Origin: Flavobacteriales bacterium
GTDB lineage: Bacteria > Bacteroidota > Bacteroidia > Flavobacteriales_F > PHOS-HE28
Reading direction: 5' to 3'
Length of the DNA: 64,000 bases
Assembly: GCA_016713875.1 (NCBI GenBank)
Contig: JADJOI010000003.1
Span: 3,576,069 to 3,640,068, forward strand
Each line of letters begins with the position of its first letter. Position 1 is the stretch's first letter. Below the pieces are notes generated by a model that worked only from the letters and a program-made list of their open reading frames with translations, did not search any database and was not told the origin of the DNA. Below are positions 32,262 through 41,580 of the stretch, piece by piece. Made by a program: the position numbers and the translations under genes.

Positions 32262-32395
32262 ATTGCCGCCTTCGCCCCTTCGATGTTCTTCACGACCTGT
32301 CCCGCCTCGGCGGGATCCTGCACGCTGATCAGCATCGTTCCCGCCTTCTCGTACACCTTGAATCGGCATGGTTTGCCCTCGGCAAGTTCTCAAGT
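32262..32395 (-). repeat. mfd 3'-end-like fragment F4
   Basis: Encodes ...RFKVYEKAGTMLISVQDPAEAGQVVKNIEGAKAAMESVV...* ; ~85% nt identity to F3 over the core. Confidence 0.7.
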
Positions 32396-32413
32396 GTGAA
32401 TGACCGGCAGGCC

Positions 32414-32977
32414 TCACCGGCGGATCTCGAATCCAGTCTCCGTCGATACAGTGTCAACCATTGGTGCAAGTCGGATCCGATCCTTACGGGTAAAGACCGT
32501 GTCAACTCCCCATTCACCCAACTCACCTGTATTCATCGAAACAACGAGTGTGTCGTTAGTCTCCACGAGGAACGCGCTGCGTTCATAGACGCCGCCATGG
32601 TCGTCGTTCTCGATGAGGGAGAACCAATGGGGCTGCTTCGAGCATCCATCGAAGAGGGTGAGCGTCAGATACCGCACCGCATGGTCGCACTCGGGAGAGC
32701 TGTTCAGCACGAGGAGTCCGATGCGAGATTCTCTTATGATGACCTTGCCTATGACCCACGCAGAATCACTTTCCGTCATTCTCCTGTCGTGGAGGGCATG
32801 GAACCCTTCCGCATCCAGGCGGATCCAACTCGGGTCGATCGCCTTGTCAACGTAATCCAGATCGAAGTGGCGTTCCGATATCTCGGGAACGAGCAAGAGC
32901 ACTTCGCAAAGGTCCTGTGGGGATGAGGGTAGGCGAGAAGCACAAGGTTGACCGAGCACGAGCGGCACACAGGTCAA
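32414..32977 (-). CDS. hypothetical protein (cargo between F3 and F4)
   Basis: Open frame with non-biased composition (…SAWVIGKVIIRESRIGLLVLNSSPECDHAVRYLTLTLFDG…). No family recognised. Start uncertain. Confidence 0.35.
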   Translation of the reverse strand: MTCVPLVLGQPCASRLPSSPQDLCEVLLLVPEISERHFDLDYVDKAIDPSWIRLDAEGFHALHDRRMTESDSAWVIGKVIIRESRIGLLVLNSSPECDHAVRYLTLTLFDGCSKQPHWFSLIENDDHGGVYERSAFLVETNDTLVVSMNTGELGEWGVDTVFTRKDRIRLAPMVDTVSTETGFEIRR

Positions 32978-33079
32978 TTAGGACAGGTAGGGCTTCATGC
33001 CAACTGGTTCAAGTATTGGTTGAACGATCTACGGCCCAAGTTCTTATGCTGCAACGTTCACCTCAACAACCGATTCCAT

Positions 33080-33270
33080 CGCCGCCTTCGCCCCTTCGAT
33101 GTTCTTCACGACCTGTCCCGCCTCGGCGGGATCCTGCACACTGATCCGCGACGTCCCCGCATTCTCGTACACCTTGAACCGTCGTGGTTGCGCCTGCGCG
33201 GCGCGCAGCAGCGCGTTGAAGCCAATGGCCTCAAAGAAGCCATACTTCCGGTCGGCAAAGGCTTCAGGCC
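33080..33270 (-). repeat. mfd 3'-end-like fragment F3 (longest)
   Basis: Encodes AFADRKYGFFEAIGFNALLRAARAQPRRFKVYENAGTSRISVQDPAEAGQVVKNIEGAKAAMESVVEVNVAA*. Aligns with Mfd ...GDGFNAVLRAVQAQPGKFKVYEKAGTLRVSVQDTKTLHEAKEVLGAVLVVPA*. Confidence 0.75.
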
Positions 33271-33563
33271 GCCTTGGCTGTCGCCAGTGGGATCTCCGCC
33301 AACTCCTTGCCTTTTCCTTTGAGCTCTTCTTCGATATCGAAATCGTCCTGTAACCCCAGCCAGAACTTGGCCGAATTACCGAAGTACTTGGAGAGGCGCA
33401 GGGCGGTATCCGCTGTGACGCGACGCTCGCCCTTGATGATCTGAGATACGCGCGTTTGCGGGATACTGATGTCCTTGGCCAGGCGGTAGGCCGTGATGCC
33501 CATGGGTACGAGGAACTCCTCTTCGAGCACAGTGCCGGGGTGGATGTTCGGGAGCTTCTTCAT
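33264..33563 (-). CDS. higA: HigA family antitoxin (XRE HTH)
   Basis: MKKLPNIHPGTVLEEEFLVPMGITAYRLAKDISIPQTRVSQIIKGERRVTADTALRLSKYFGNSAKFWLGLQ. Confidence 0.75.
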   Translation of the reverse strand: MKKLPNIHPGTVLEEEFLVPMGITAYRLAKDISIPQTRVSQIIKGERRVTADTALRLSKYFGNSAKFWLGLQDDFDIEEELKGKGKELAEIPLATAKAA

Positions 33564-33574
33564 GGGTGCTGATC

Positions 33575-33865
33575 TTAATGGTAGTCGATGATCTCCACTT
33601 CGTAGGCGTTGCCGCTTTGCCACTTGAAAATGATGCGCCACTGGTCGTTGATGCGCACGCTATAGAAGTCCTTCAGGCGGCCAGCCAGTTTCTCCAAGCG
33701 GTTGGCGGGTGGGACGCGCAGATCGGCGATGTCTTGGGCGTTGTTGATCATCCGGAGCTTTCTTCTGGCCGTTTCCTGGATCGTCGAAGGCAGTTTCCGC
33801 TGTGGATCACCGTTCCAGATCCCTTCTGTCACCTTCGATCCGAACGACCTGATCATGTCCGGCAA
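33575..33865 (-). CDS. higB: HigB-like toxin (RelE/ParE superfamily)
   Basis: ...RLKDFYSVRINDQWRIIFKWQSGNAYEVEIIDYH is a HigB C-terminal signature. Sits upstream of higA as usual for higBA. Confidence 0.7.
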   Translation of the reverse strand: MPDMIRSFGSKVTEGIWNGDPQRKLPSTIQETARRKLRMINNAQDIADLRVPPANRLEKLAGRLKDFYSVRINDQWRIIFKWQSGNAYEVEIIDYH

Positions 33866-33904
33866 ATATACTATCGCGTGGCGTCACTAGCAACTGCCAC
33901 CCCA

Positions 33905-33950
33905 CCACCCCACCACTCCCTCCATCGCCGCCTTCGCCGCGTGGATGATC
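33905..33950 (-). repeat. mfd 3'-end-like fragment F2 (short; tail only)
   Basis: Encodes ...IIHAAKAAMEGVVG..., matching the AAKAAMESVVG tails of F3 and F4. Confidence 0.5.
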
Positions 33951-33968
33951 TGACCGAAGTAAAGTGGC

Positions 33969-35005
33969 CTAGGTCTTCTTTCGTGTTGCGGACCTCCCCA
34001 TGGTAAGCGCTTTCCTTGCGCTCAACGGTGTTACGACCTTCTTGCCAGTACGAGCCTCCAATTCCAAGCGCGCCACCTTGGCCACGTTCCCACCTTGTCG
34101 CGCCACTTCTTTGTTGTCCTCGAAGGTCTCGGGCTCGGTGGCTTGTGAAATGTCCTTCGCGGATGCCTCGGCAAGCATGTTCAGGATCAGTTCCGTGTTG
34201 GTCATATTGTCGCGGAGGTTCTCCTTCTTCAGGCCCTTGAGCACCTTGTACTCCTTCGTGCTGTTCCCGCTCCACGCCTTGGTGATTATGTCCGTGAGCG
34301 TCGCGAAGTGCATGCCTTCCTTCATCCCGCGTTTCCTCCATTCATCGGTCAGCTCCTTGCGGATCTCGATGCTCTGTAGGGAGGTTCAAAGCACATCGTT
34401 CCGGCGGCGATGTATTGAAGTAGAGTATCAGTGATGCTTGCTCCCGTTCGACCATACGGCGTTGCTCCTAGGCCGGATACTTCGTTCCAGTATCCTTGCC
34501 TCGGAGCGCCTTGTCTGGTCATACGATAGCTGTGCACGCCATCCGTTCGATGTGCTTTGAACCTCCCTGGCCGCTGGTTGATCCAACTCTCCGAGTAGCC
34601 CAGCCGCAGGTATTGTTCAAGCGCACGGTCGATGGTGATCTCCGGATCCGCCATTTCATCCATCCGCTCCGATGCCACTTGTGCCAGCCATAGTTTGAAC
34701 GGCTCGGCCTTGGGTGAAGGGATGGATTGGATCAGCCGGAAGAGCTGCTCGGTGTCGGCCACATCGGTGAGGCGGAGCTTGCCGTCGTCGGCGGGCAATT
34801 TCAACTGTCCGATTTTATCGGACAGTTGGCTGCCTTCCTTCACTAGCTTGGTCTTCAGGTCGTTCCAGTACTTGCGAGGGCGCTCGTTACCGGTGAGGGC
34901 CGCTATCACATCGATGATGGAGAAGAACCACTTCTCCTGCTCCCCGTCCCACACGGTGCGAACCTGCTTCTCCTCGAAGACCTTGATGGCGTTCTTGTCG
35001 GTCAT
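33969..35005 (-). pseudogene. DinD-like / Bro-N domain DNA-damage-inducible protein, at least 2 frameshifts
   Basis: N-terminal part KVFEEKQVRTVWDGEQEKWFFSIIDVIAALTGNERPRKYWNDLKTKL (Bro-N/DinD-like). C-terminal part HFATLTDIITKAWSGNSTKEYKVLKGLKKENLRDNMTNTELILNMLAEA aligns with E. coli DinD residues ~150-200 but lies in a separate ORF. Confidence 0.55.
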
Positions 35006-35059
35006 GATAGGAGCAAGGTAGGGACTGCAAACGCTGCGGCGTTAAGCAGCGACGGTAAT

Positions 35060-35235
35060 GCCCACAACGGATTCCAACGCGTCCTTCGCCGCGTGCACAG
35101 CCTGCCCCGCGCATTTGGCGGGGTTCTTCACATCCTGCACACTGATCCTTAAGGTTCCCGCCTTCTCGTACACCTTGAAGCGTCGCGGTTGCGTCCCGCG
35201 ATTCGCCATCTCGCCTTGCTCGATCGCAAATCACT
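35060..35235 (-). repeat. mfd 3'-end-like fragment F1 (78 bp downstream of the real mfd stop)
   Basis: Encodes ...MANRGTQPRRFKVYEKAGTLRISVQDVKNPAKCAGQAVHAAKDALESVVGITVAA*. Confidence 0.75.
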
Positions 35236-35311
35236 GGATTTCGCCCTCGGTCGCTTTTGCGCCTGCGGTCCATGCCTTCGGCATTGCTCAACTTGCACCG
35301 GGCGCACTGCG

Positions 35312-38300
35312 CTAAGCGGGAACGACCAGCACTGCTCCCAGCACTTCTTTGGCCTCGTGCAAGGTCTTGGTGTCTTGAACACTTACCCTCAACGTACCGG
35401 CCTTTTCATACACTTTGAATTTCCCGGGTTGAGCCTGTACTGCTCTGAGCACCGCATTGAACCCATCCCCCTCGAAGAAGGGATGCTTCTGATCCGCAAT
35501 GAAGGTGCCGATGAGCGTGCCCTTCTTCAGCACCATCTTCGCCAGGCCCATGCGTTGGCCCAGCCAGCGGAGGCGGATGCCTTCCAGCAGTTCGTTCACC
35601 AGTTGCGGGATCGGACCGAAGCGATCGGTGACCTCCGTGGTGAACTTCTGCAGTTCCGCTTCGTCCTTGATGTCGTCCAGTCGGCGGTAGAGCGCGAGGC
35701 GTTCGGCGGTCTCGCTCACGTAGCTGTTGGGGATCAGCATCGTCAGGTCGGTCTCGATGATGCAGTCGTCGCTCTGGTCGCGACGTGATCCGCGGGCCAG
35801 CGCGTGGCTGCCTTCCTGCGCGTCGTCGAAGAGGTCCTTGAAGTGCTGGTCCTTCAGTTCGCGCACGGCCTCTTCGAGGATCTTGTGGTAGGTCTCGAAG
35901 CCGATGTCGTTGATGAAGCCGCTCTGCTCCGCGCCGAGCAGGTCGCCCGCGCCGCGGATGTCGAGGTCCTTCATGGCGATGTGGATGCCGCTGCCCAGGT
36001 CGCTGAACTGCTCGATCGCTTGCAGACGCTTGCGTGAGAGGTCAGGCAGCAAATGTGGACTTGGGGCCAGCAGGTAGCAGTACGCCTTCTTGTTGCTGCG
36101 GCCCACACGTCCGCGCAGTTGGTGCAGATCGCTAAGGCCAAAGTTCTGCGCTTCGTTCACGATGATGGTGTTGGCGTTCGGGATGTCGAGGCCGTTCTCC
36201 ACGATGGTCGTACACACGAGCACGTCGGTGTTGCCCTCGATGAAGTCGAGCATCACCTCTTCCAGCTTGTGCCCTTCCAGTTGACCGTGCCCCACGCCCA
36301 CACGCGCGCCGGGCACCAGCTTGCGGATCATGTCGGCGATGAACTCGATGTTCTTCACCTTGTCGTGCAGGAAGTACACCTGGCCGCCGCGTGAGAGTTC
36401 GTACTCGATCGCGCCACGGATCGTCACCTCATCGTACGGCTGCAACATCGTGGCCACCGGATAACGGTTCGGCGGCGGCGTGCTGATGATGCTGAGGTCG
36501 CGCGCGCCCATGAGACTGAACTGCAACGTGCGCGGGATGGGCGTGGCAGTGAGGGTGAGCGTGTCCACCGTGGCGCGCAGGGTCTTCAGCTTGTCCTTCA
36601 CGTTCACGCCGAACTTCTGCTCCTCGTCGATGATCAGCAGGCCGAGGTCCTTGTACACCACGTCCTTGCTCACCAATCGGTGCGTGCCGATGAGGATGTC
36701 GATCTTCCCTTCCTTCAGGTCTTTCAGGATCTGCGTTTGCTGCGCCGAAGAGCGGAAGCGGTTGATGTAGTCCACGCGCACGGGCAGGCCCTTCATGCGC
36801 GCCGAGAAGCTCTTCCAGTGTTGCAGCGCGAGGATGGTTGTTGGCACCAGCACCGCCGCCTGCTTGCCGTCGCACACCGCTTTGAACGCGGCGCGTATGG
36901 CAACTTCTGTCTTGCCGAAGCCCACATCGCCGCAGACCAGTCGATCCATGGGCACGCCCTTCTCCATATCGCGCTTCACGTCCTGCGTGGCCTTCAACTG
37001 GTCGGGCGTGTCCTCGTAGATGAAGCTCGCCTCCAACTCGTGCTGCAGGTAGTTGTCCGGCTGGAACGCGAAGCCCGGCTTGCTCTTGCGCTGGGCGTAG
37101 AGCTTGATCAGGTCGAAGGCCAGTGCCTTCACTTTCGCCTTGGTCTTTTCCTTCAGGTTCTTCCACGCGGGTGAACCGAGCTTGCTCACAGGCGGCGCAT
37201 TGCCACCTTCTTCACCGCTGTACTTGCTCACGCGGTGCAGGCTGTGGATGCCCACGTAGAGGATGTCGTTGTCGCGGTACTTCAGGCGGATCGCTTCCTG
37301 CATGCTTCCGCCGGCATCGATCGTTTCCAGTCCGCTGAACACACCAACGCCGTGATCGATGTGTACCACGAGGTCGCCGGGCTTCAGTTGCGTCAGCTCC
37401 TTCAGGGTGAGCGCCTGCGAGTTCTTACGGAAGCCCTCCTTCAGCCGGTAGCGGTGGTAACGCTCGAAGATCTGGTGGTCGGTGTAGAGCGCCAGCTTCA
37501 GCTCGGGATCGATGAAGCCCTCGTGCAGGTCGAGCACCAGCGGCGTGAAGGCCACCTCGTGCTCCATGTCGTTGAAGATGGTGTACAGCCGTTCGCTCTG
37601 CTTCGCGCTGTTGCACGCGATGAGATTCGTGTAGCCCGCGTTCTGCTTGTTGTGCAGGTCGCCGCTGAGCACCTTGAACTCCTTGGCGAACGTCGGTTGA
37701 GGCCGTTGCTGGAAGTCCACCACCACTTGCGCCTTACTGTCTTGCGTCGCGTTCCCGTCGCGTCGTTGCGCCGCTGCGGTTACTGCCTTCTCTGTGTCCT
37801 CTGCGTCTCGGTGGTGAATGGATCGCCCCCAGAACACCTTCCTGAACCCCAACGTCCCCTTGATCAACTCACCGTCCGTCGCCAGCAGCTCGTTCGGCGT
37901 GGGATGTTTCTCCTTCTCGGAAAGTCGCTCGTACGCTTCGCCCAGCAACTTCAACTGCTTTGTTGCCGCATCGCCGATGGCTTGCAGATCGCGGAGCCAG
38001 ATCACTGCATCCTCGGGTAGTTGCGCGAAGAAGTTCTGCTGGCGCGCGGTGTCCTCGTCCTGGAGGTCGGGCACGATCACCGCTTCGGCGAGGAACTCCA
38101 CGGTCAATTGGTCCTGCGGATCAAAGCGGCGCACGCTTTCCACGGTGTCGCCGTACAGCTCGATGCGGTAAGGCTTGTCGCTGCCGTAGCTGAACACGTC
38201 CACGATGCCGCCGCGGATGCTGAACTGCCCCGGCTCGTACACGAACTCCACGCGACTGAAGCCGGTCTCGTCCAACCACTCTTGCAGCGTGTCGATCGGC

Positions 38301-38860
38301 AGCTCCTCGTGACGCTTCACGGTGAGCGTGTTGCTCATCATCTCCTCCTGGCCCATCACGAGCGGCACCAGTGCTTCGGGGTAGGTGACGATGATGAGCT
38401 TGTTGGTGATCGGTGAATGGGAGTTGGTGAATGGGGAATGCGCATTCGCACCATTCGCCATTCGCCATTCGATATTCACCCTCATCAACGCTTCCAACAC
38501 TTCCGTCCTTGTGACGCGTTCACCGTCGTGGTGGCCTTCCGGATCGTACGGCGATCGCGAGGGTGCGGGATAGAAGAGCATGTCTTCATCCTTCTTCGCA
38601 TGACGGCCATCCTTGTCCTTGCCACGTAGCGCTTCCAGGTCGTTGATGAAGTAGGCCGCTTCTTCCTTGTCGGTGAGCACGAACACATGCACGCCGCCGC
38701 GCTGCTCGATGACCGACGCGGCGATCAGCGCTTGCGCCGAACCGATGGTGCCCGCGATCTGCACGCGCGCGGAATCTGGTTGCAGGCCTTCGGCGATGCG
38801 CGCGACGCGTGGGTCGTTGCGGTAGAGGGTGAGTAGGTCGGGGAGGGAGGTCAAAGGCAT
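35312..38860 (-). CDS. mfd: transcription-repair coupling factor
   Basis: 1182 aa, intact. UvrB-interaction region, DEAD/DEAH helicase motifs (GDVGFGKTEVA, LIIDEEQKFG), TRCF domain. Confidence 0.95.
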   Translation of the reverse strand: MPLTSLPDLLTLYRNDPRVARIAEGLQPDSARVQIAGTIGSAQALIAASVIEQRGGVHVFVLTDKEEAAYFINDLEALRGKDKDGRHAKKDEDMLFYPAPSRSPYDPEGHHDGERVTRTEVLEALMRVNIEWRMANGANAHSPFTNSHSPITNKLIIVTYPEALVPLVMGQEEMMSNTLTVKRHEELPIDTLQEWLDETGFSRVEFVYEPGQFSIRGGIVDVFSYGSDKPYRIELYGDTVESVRRFDPQDQLTVEFLAEAVIVPDLQDEDTARQQNFFAQLPEDAVIWLRDLQAIGDAATKQLKLLGEAYERLSEKEKHPTPNELLATDGELIKGTLGFRKVFWGRSIHHRDAEDTEKAVTAAAQRRDGNATQDSKAQVVVDFQQRPQPTFAKEFKVLSGDLHNKQNAGYTNLIACNSAKQSERLYTIFNDMEHEVAFTPLVLDLHEGFIDPELKLALYTDHQIFERYHRYRLKEGFRKNSQALTLKELTQLKPGDLVVHIDHGVGVFSGLETIDAGGSMQEAIRLKYRDNDILYVGIHSLHRVSKYSGEEGGNAPPVSKLGSPAWKNLKEKTKAKVKALAFDLIKLYAQRKSKPGFAFQPDNYLQHELEASFIYEDTPDQLKATQDVKRDMEKGVPMDRLVCGDVGFGKTEVAIRAAFKAVCDGKQAAVLVPTTILALQHWKSFSARMKGLPVRVDYINRFRSSAQQTQILKDLKEGKIDILIGTHRLVSKDVVYKDLGLLIIDEEQKFGVNVKDKLKTLRATVDTLTLTATPIPRTLQFSLMGARDLSIISTPPPNRYPVATMLQPYDEVTIRGAIEYELSRGGQVYFLHDKVKNIEFIADMIRKLVPGARVGVGHGQLEGHKLEEVMLDFIEGNTDVLVCTTIVENGLDIPNANTIIVNEAQNFGLSDLHQLRGRVGRSNKKAYCYLLAPSPHLLPDLSRKRLQAIEQFSDLGSGIHIAMKDLDIRGAGDLLGAEQSGFINDIGFETYHKILEEAVRELKDQHFKDLFDDAQEGSHALARGSRRDQSDDCIIETDLTMLIPNSYVSETAERLALYRRLDDIKDEAELQKFTTEVTDRFGPIPQLVNELLEGIRLRWLGQRMGLAKMVLKKGTLIGTFIADQKHPFFEGDGFNAVLRAVQAQPGKFKVYEKAGTLRVSVQDTKTLHEAKEVLGAVLVVPA

Positions 38861-38874
38861 CGCTGTTGAATCAC

Positions 38875-39804
38875 CTATTTCGAGTTCGATTGCGTAGTCA
38901 GATGGTCTTCTAGAATGACTCCCGGAGGAAATGAGAAGAGTAGTTCTCGGTACTCAGAAAGAACTGCTTGCTCTCGTGACTTTTTCCAGATTTCTACAAA
39001 GCCGTTGAGCACGTCTCTGTTCCAAGCGGCCACATAACGACTGGCCTGCTCAATGGCGAGGATATTGTAGGCTACAGCATGAGTCTTTGTACTGCCAGTC
39101 CAATCTGTGTTCTCCGGGATTGACCAGTATAGTCGTTGGCTCGAAAGAGGGAACACGAAATTCCTGAACACATCTTCATTCCTCTTGGGCGTATTACGAT
39201 ATATGACTGGATGATCACCAAGCACTAAGAATGGGATGTCCATCTGGCCAACGTGCGAGTATGCTGGTTGTTCGAACGCCTTGCCGGACTCGAAGTACTT
39301 GAGAAATTGCTCTGCTGAAAGGAAGGATCTTTCGAGTTGTATTCCATCCAAAATTCCTAGAATACGTGCTGGGTCTTCACGGATGGAAGGGTCATCAGAC
39401 AATGCGAACTTGAGTCTGTCAAATGCCTTAACAGCGAAATGGCTGTCTCGTTGAGGTGACCTAACCCATTGTGTTGCGACGAAACCGAGCGCCCCCAGCA
39501 TACGGTCCTGTGTGAGAAGGCCAGTTGCCGTTGGCTCAGTTGCCAAGGCATTCAAACGTGCTGCGGTAAGTGTTTCATTCTTTTGGTAGATGGTTTCGGG
39601 TAAGGAGGCTGGGATGTCCCCCATCATCACAGTGTTCCGATCCCATTCAAAGAACAGTTGCTTGGGAGAGAATGCCTTGCGTTCGACCTTTCCAGTTTTC
39701 TTGTCAAAGCGATAGAGCTTCCCATCCGGATTACAGAAGTTGGCCTGGAAGGACTCAGGGATGTAATGATGCCTATGTGAGTCAGGGGTATTCATCGACG
39801 CCAA
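38875..39804 (-). CDS. DUF4238 domain protein
   Basis: N-terminal HHYIPESF motif characteristic of DUF4238. 309 aa, intact. Confidence 0.6.
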   Translation of the reverse strand: MASMNTPDSHRHHYIPESFQANFCNPDGKLYRFDKKTGKVERKAFSPKQLFFEWDRNTVMMGDIPASLPETIYQKNETLTAARLNALATEPTATGLLTQDRMLGALGFVATQWVRSPQRDSHFAVKAFDRLKFALSDDPSIREDPARILGILDGIQLERSFLSAEQFLKYFESGKAFEQPAYSHVGQMDIPFLVLGDHPVIYRNTPKRNEDVFRNFVFPLSSQRLYWSIPENTDWTGSTKTHAVAYNILAIEQASRYVAAWNRDVLNGFVEIWKKSREQAVLSEYRELLFSFPPGVILEDHLTTQSNSK

Positions 39805-39861
39805 AATGCCCGAAACCCGGTGCCGGGGATTCCGGGCATCGGGTTCGGGAGCGGAACAAAG

Positions 39862-40338
39862 TTACGGAGACGGGTAGCGCGGCACCTCGTTCACTCCGCT
39901 CACGTGCGACGAGATGGCCCGCCAGTGGCCATCGGTGCGGATGAACACGTTGCTGGACCAATAGGTGGTCTCCGAGGTATCCGTGAGCATGTGCCCAACG
40001 CCGGTGACGATGGCCGTGCCGTTCGGCCACTGCTGCAAGCGCTTGATCTCGTAGCGGAACGAGTCCACGCTCCAGGTATGGGTCCTTATCCACTCCAACT
40101 CATCCTGCTTGCGGTAGACGTGCCCTTCGGCATCGACCATCTCGAAGTCAGGATGCAGGATCCGGTCCAGGAGCACGGTATCCTGTTCACGATACGCTTT
40201 AGGCCATTCCACTTCCTTGAGGCGGCGTAGCTCTGCGGCCGTGGCATCGGATGGTGGAATTCCGGTATCGGCCCCATCGTGTACGCGTGAACATGCCGAC
40301 AGGAGGATGACCGAACAGGCGAGGGCGTAGGCGCGCAT
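39862..40338 (-). CDS. NTF2-like (SnoaL/DUF4440-type) lipoprotein
   Basis: Lipobox LLSAC. About 130-aa NTF2-fold-like body. Confidence 0.45.
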   Translation of the reverse strand: MRAYALACSVILLSACSRVHDGADTGIPPSDATAAELRRLKEVEWPKAYREQDTVLLDRILHPDFEMVDAEGHVYRKQDELEWIRTHTWSVDSFRYEIKRLQQWPNGTAIVTGVGHMLTDTSETTYWSSNVFIRTDGHWRAISSHVSGVNEVPRYPSP

Positions 40339-40583
40339 CCTTGTTCAATTCAGGCCGTGCATGATGAGCGGATCGTTCCGGTACCGGCCTATTCAGCGTG
40401 AGCCTCCGTCGTCGGTCCACTGCGTCCAGGCGCCACGGTTCGAGCTGTTGCGCACGGGGCCCACTGCGGCCAGCGCCCTCTTGTTGTGCAGCGCCTTCCG
40501 GAAGGGGCGATCCGAGACGCTGCCGCCGTTGGGGAGCGCCACAAAGGTGGTGAACGGAAGGAAGCACAGGGATACGCGCATGG

Positions 40584-41546
40584 TCAGGCCTTCATCGCCT
40601 GCTCCACCATGTTCCGGCTGCCGATGTAGAGCGGGCAGCGCTGGTGCAGCTCGGTGGGCTTCAGGTCGAGGATGCGGGTGGTGCCATCGGTGGCCATGCC
40701 GCCGGCCTGTTCCACCAGGAAGGCGAGCGGGTTGGCCTCGTACAGCAGGCGCAGCTTGCCCTTCGGGGCCTTGGTCGTTCCGGGGTAGAGGTAGATGCCG
40801 CCCTTGAGCAGGTTGCGGTGGAAGTCGGCCACCAGGCTGCCGATGTAGCGCGCGCTCATCCTTTTCTGCTTGCAGGCGTCGATGTAGGTGCGTACGCCAT
40901 CGCTGAACTCGACCCAGTTGCCTTCATTGATCGAATAGATCTTGCCGTCGGCGGGCGTCCGCATGTCAGGGTGGCTCAGGCAGAAGGTGCCGATGCTGGG
41001 GTCGAGCGTGAAGCCGTTGACGCCGTGGCCGGTGCTGTAGACGAGCATGGTGCTGCTGCCGTACACGATGTAGCCTGCGGCCACCTGCGTCGTCCCGGGC
41101 TGCAGGAAGTCCTCCAGGGTGGCCTTGGGGCCGGTGCTGATGCGCTTGTAGATGCTGAAGATGGTGCCGATGCTCACGTTCACGTCGATGTTGCTGCTGC
41201 CATCGAGCGGGTCCATGGTCACCACGTACTTGCCACCATTGTCGAAATGCACGATGTCGTCGTTCTCCTCGCTGGCCACCGCGCACACCGCCCCCTGGGT
41301 CCTCATCATGCGGATGAAGAGGTTGTTGGCGTAGACATCGAGCTTCTGCTGGGCCTCGCCCTGCACGTTCTCGGTCCCTTCGGCGCCGAGGATGTCGGCC
41401 ATCAGTCCGGCCTTGTTCACTTCGCGGTTCACGATCTTGCCGGCGAGGCGGAAGGCGGTGAGCAGGGAGCTGAGGTCGCCCGAGGCGCCCGGGAACTCGG
41501 CCTGGCGTTCCACGATGAACTCGGAGAGGGTCTTGATCTCGGACAT
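40584..41546 (-). CDS. fbp: class 1 fructose-1,6-bisphosphatase
   Basis: [15 protein letters not shown]..., ...[26 protein letters not shown]..., [21 protein letters not shown]. Confidence 0.9.
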   Translation of the reverse strand: MSEIKTLSEFIVERQAEFPGASGDLSSLLTAFRLAGKIVNREVNKAGLMADILGAEGTENVQGEAQQKLDVYANNLFIRMMRTQGAVCAVASEENDDIVHFDNGGKYVVTMDPLDGSSNIDVNVSIGTIFSIYKRISTGPKATLEDFLQPGTTQVAAGYIVYGSSTMLVYSTGHGVNGFTLDPSIGTFCLSHPDMRTPADGKIYSINEGNWVEFSDGVRTYIDACKQKRMSARYIGSLVADFHRNLLKGGIYLYPGTTKAPKGKLRLLYEANPLAFLVEQAGGMATDGTTRILDLKPTELHQRCPLYIGSRNMVEQAMKA

Positions 41547-41580
41547 GGGGCAAAGATGCGGCACCGCTTTCTTTGCACGC

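Noticed and set aside
32425-32445. tRNA-like TΨC motif (gatctcgaatcc)
   Set aside because: No acceptor stem or anticodon arm context; it lies inside a protein-like ORF.
30400-35300. Integron (intI/attI) adjacent to the cassette array
   Set aside because: No tyrosine recombinase ORF and no attC consensus (R''-L''…L'-R' with GTTRRRY) was recognisable. The repeats are gene-end homologs, not canonical attC sites.
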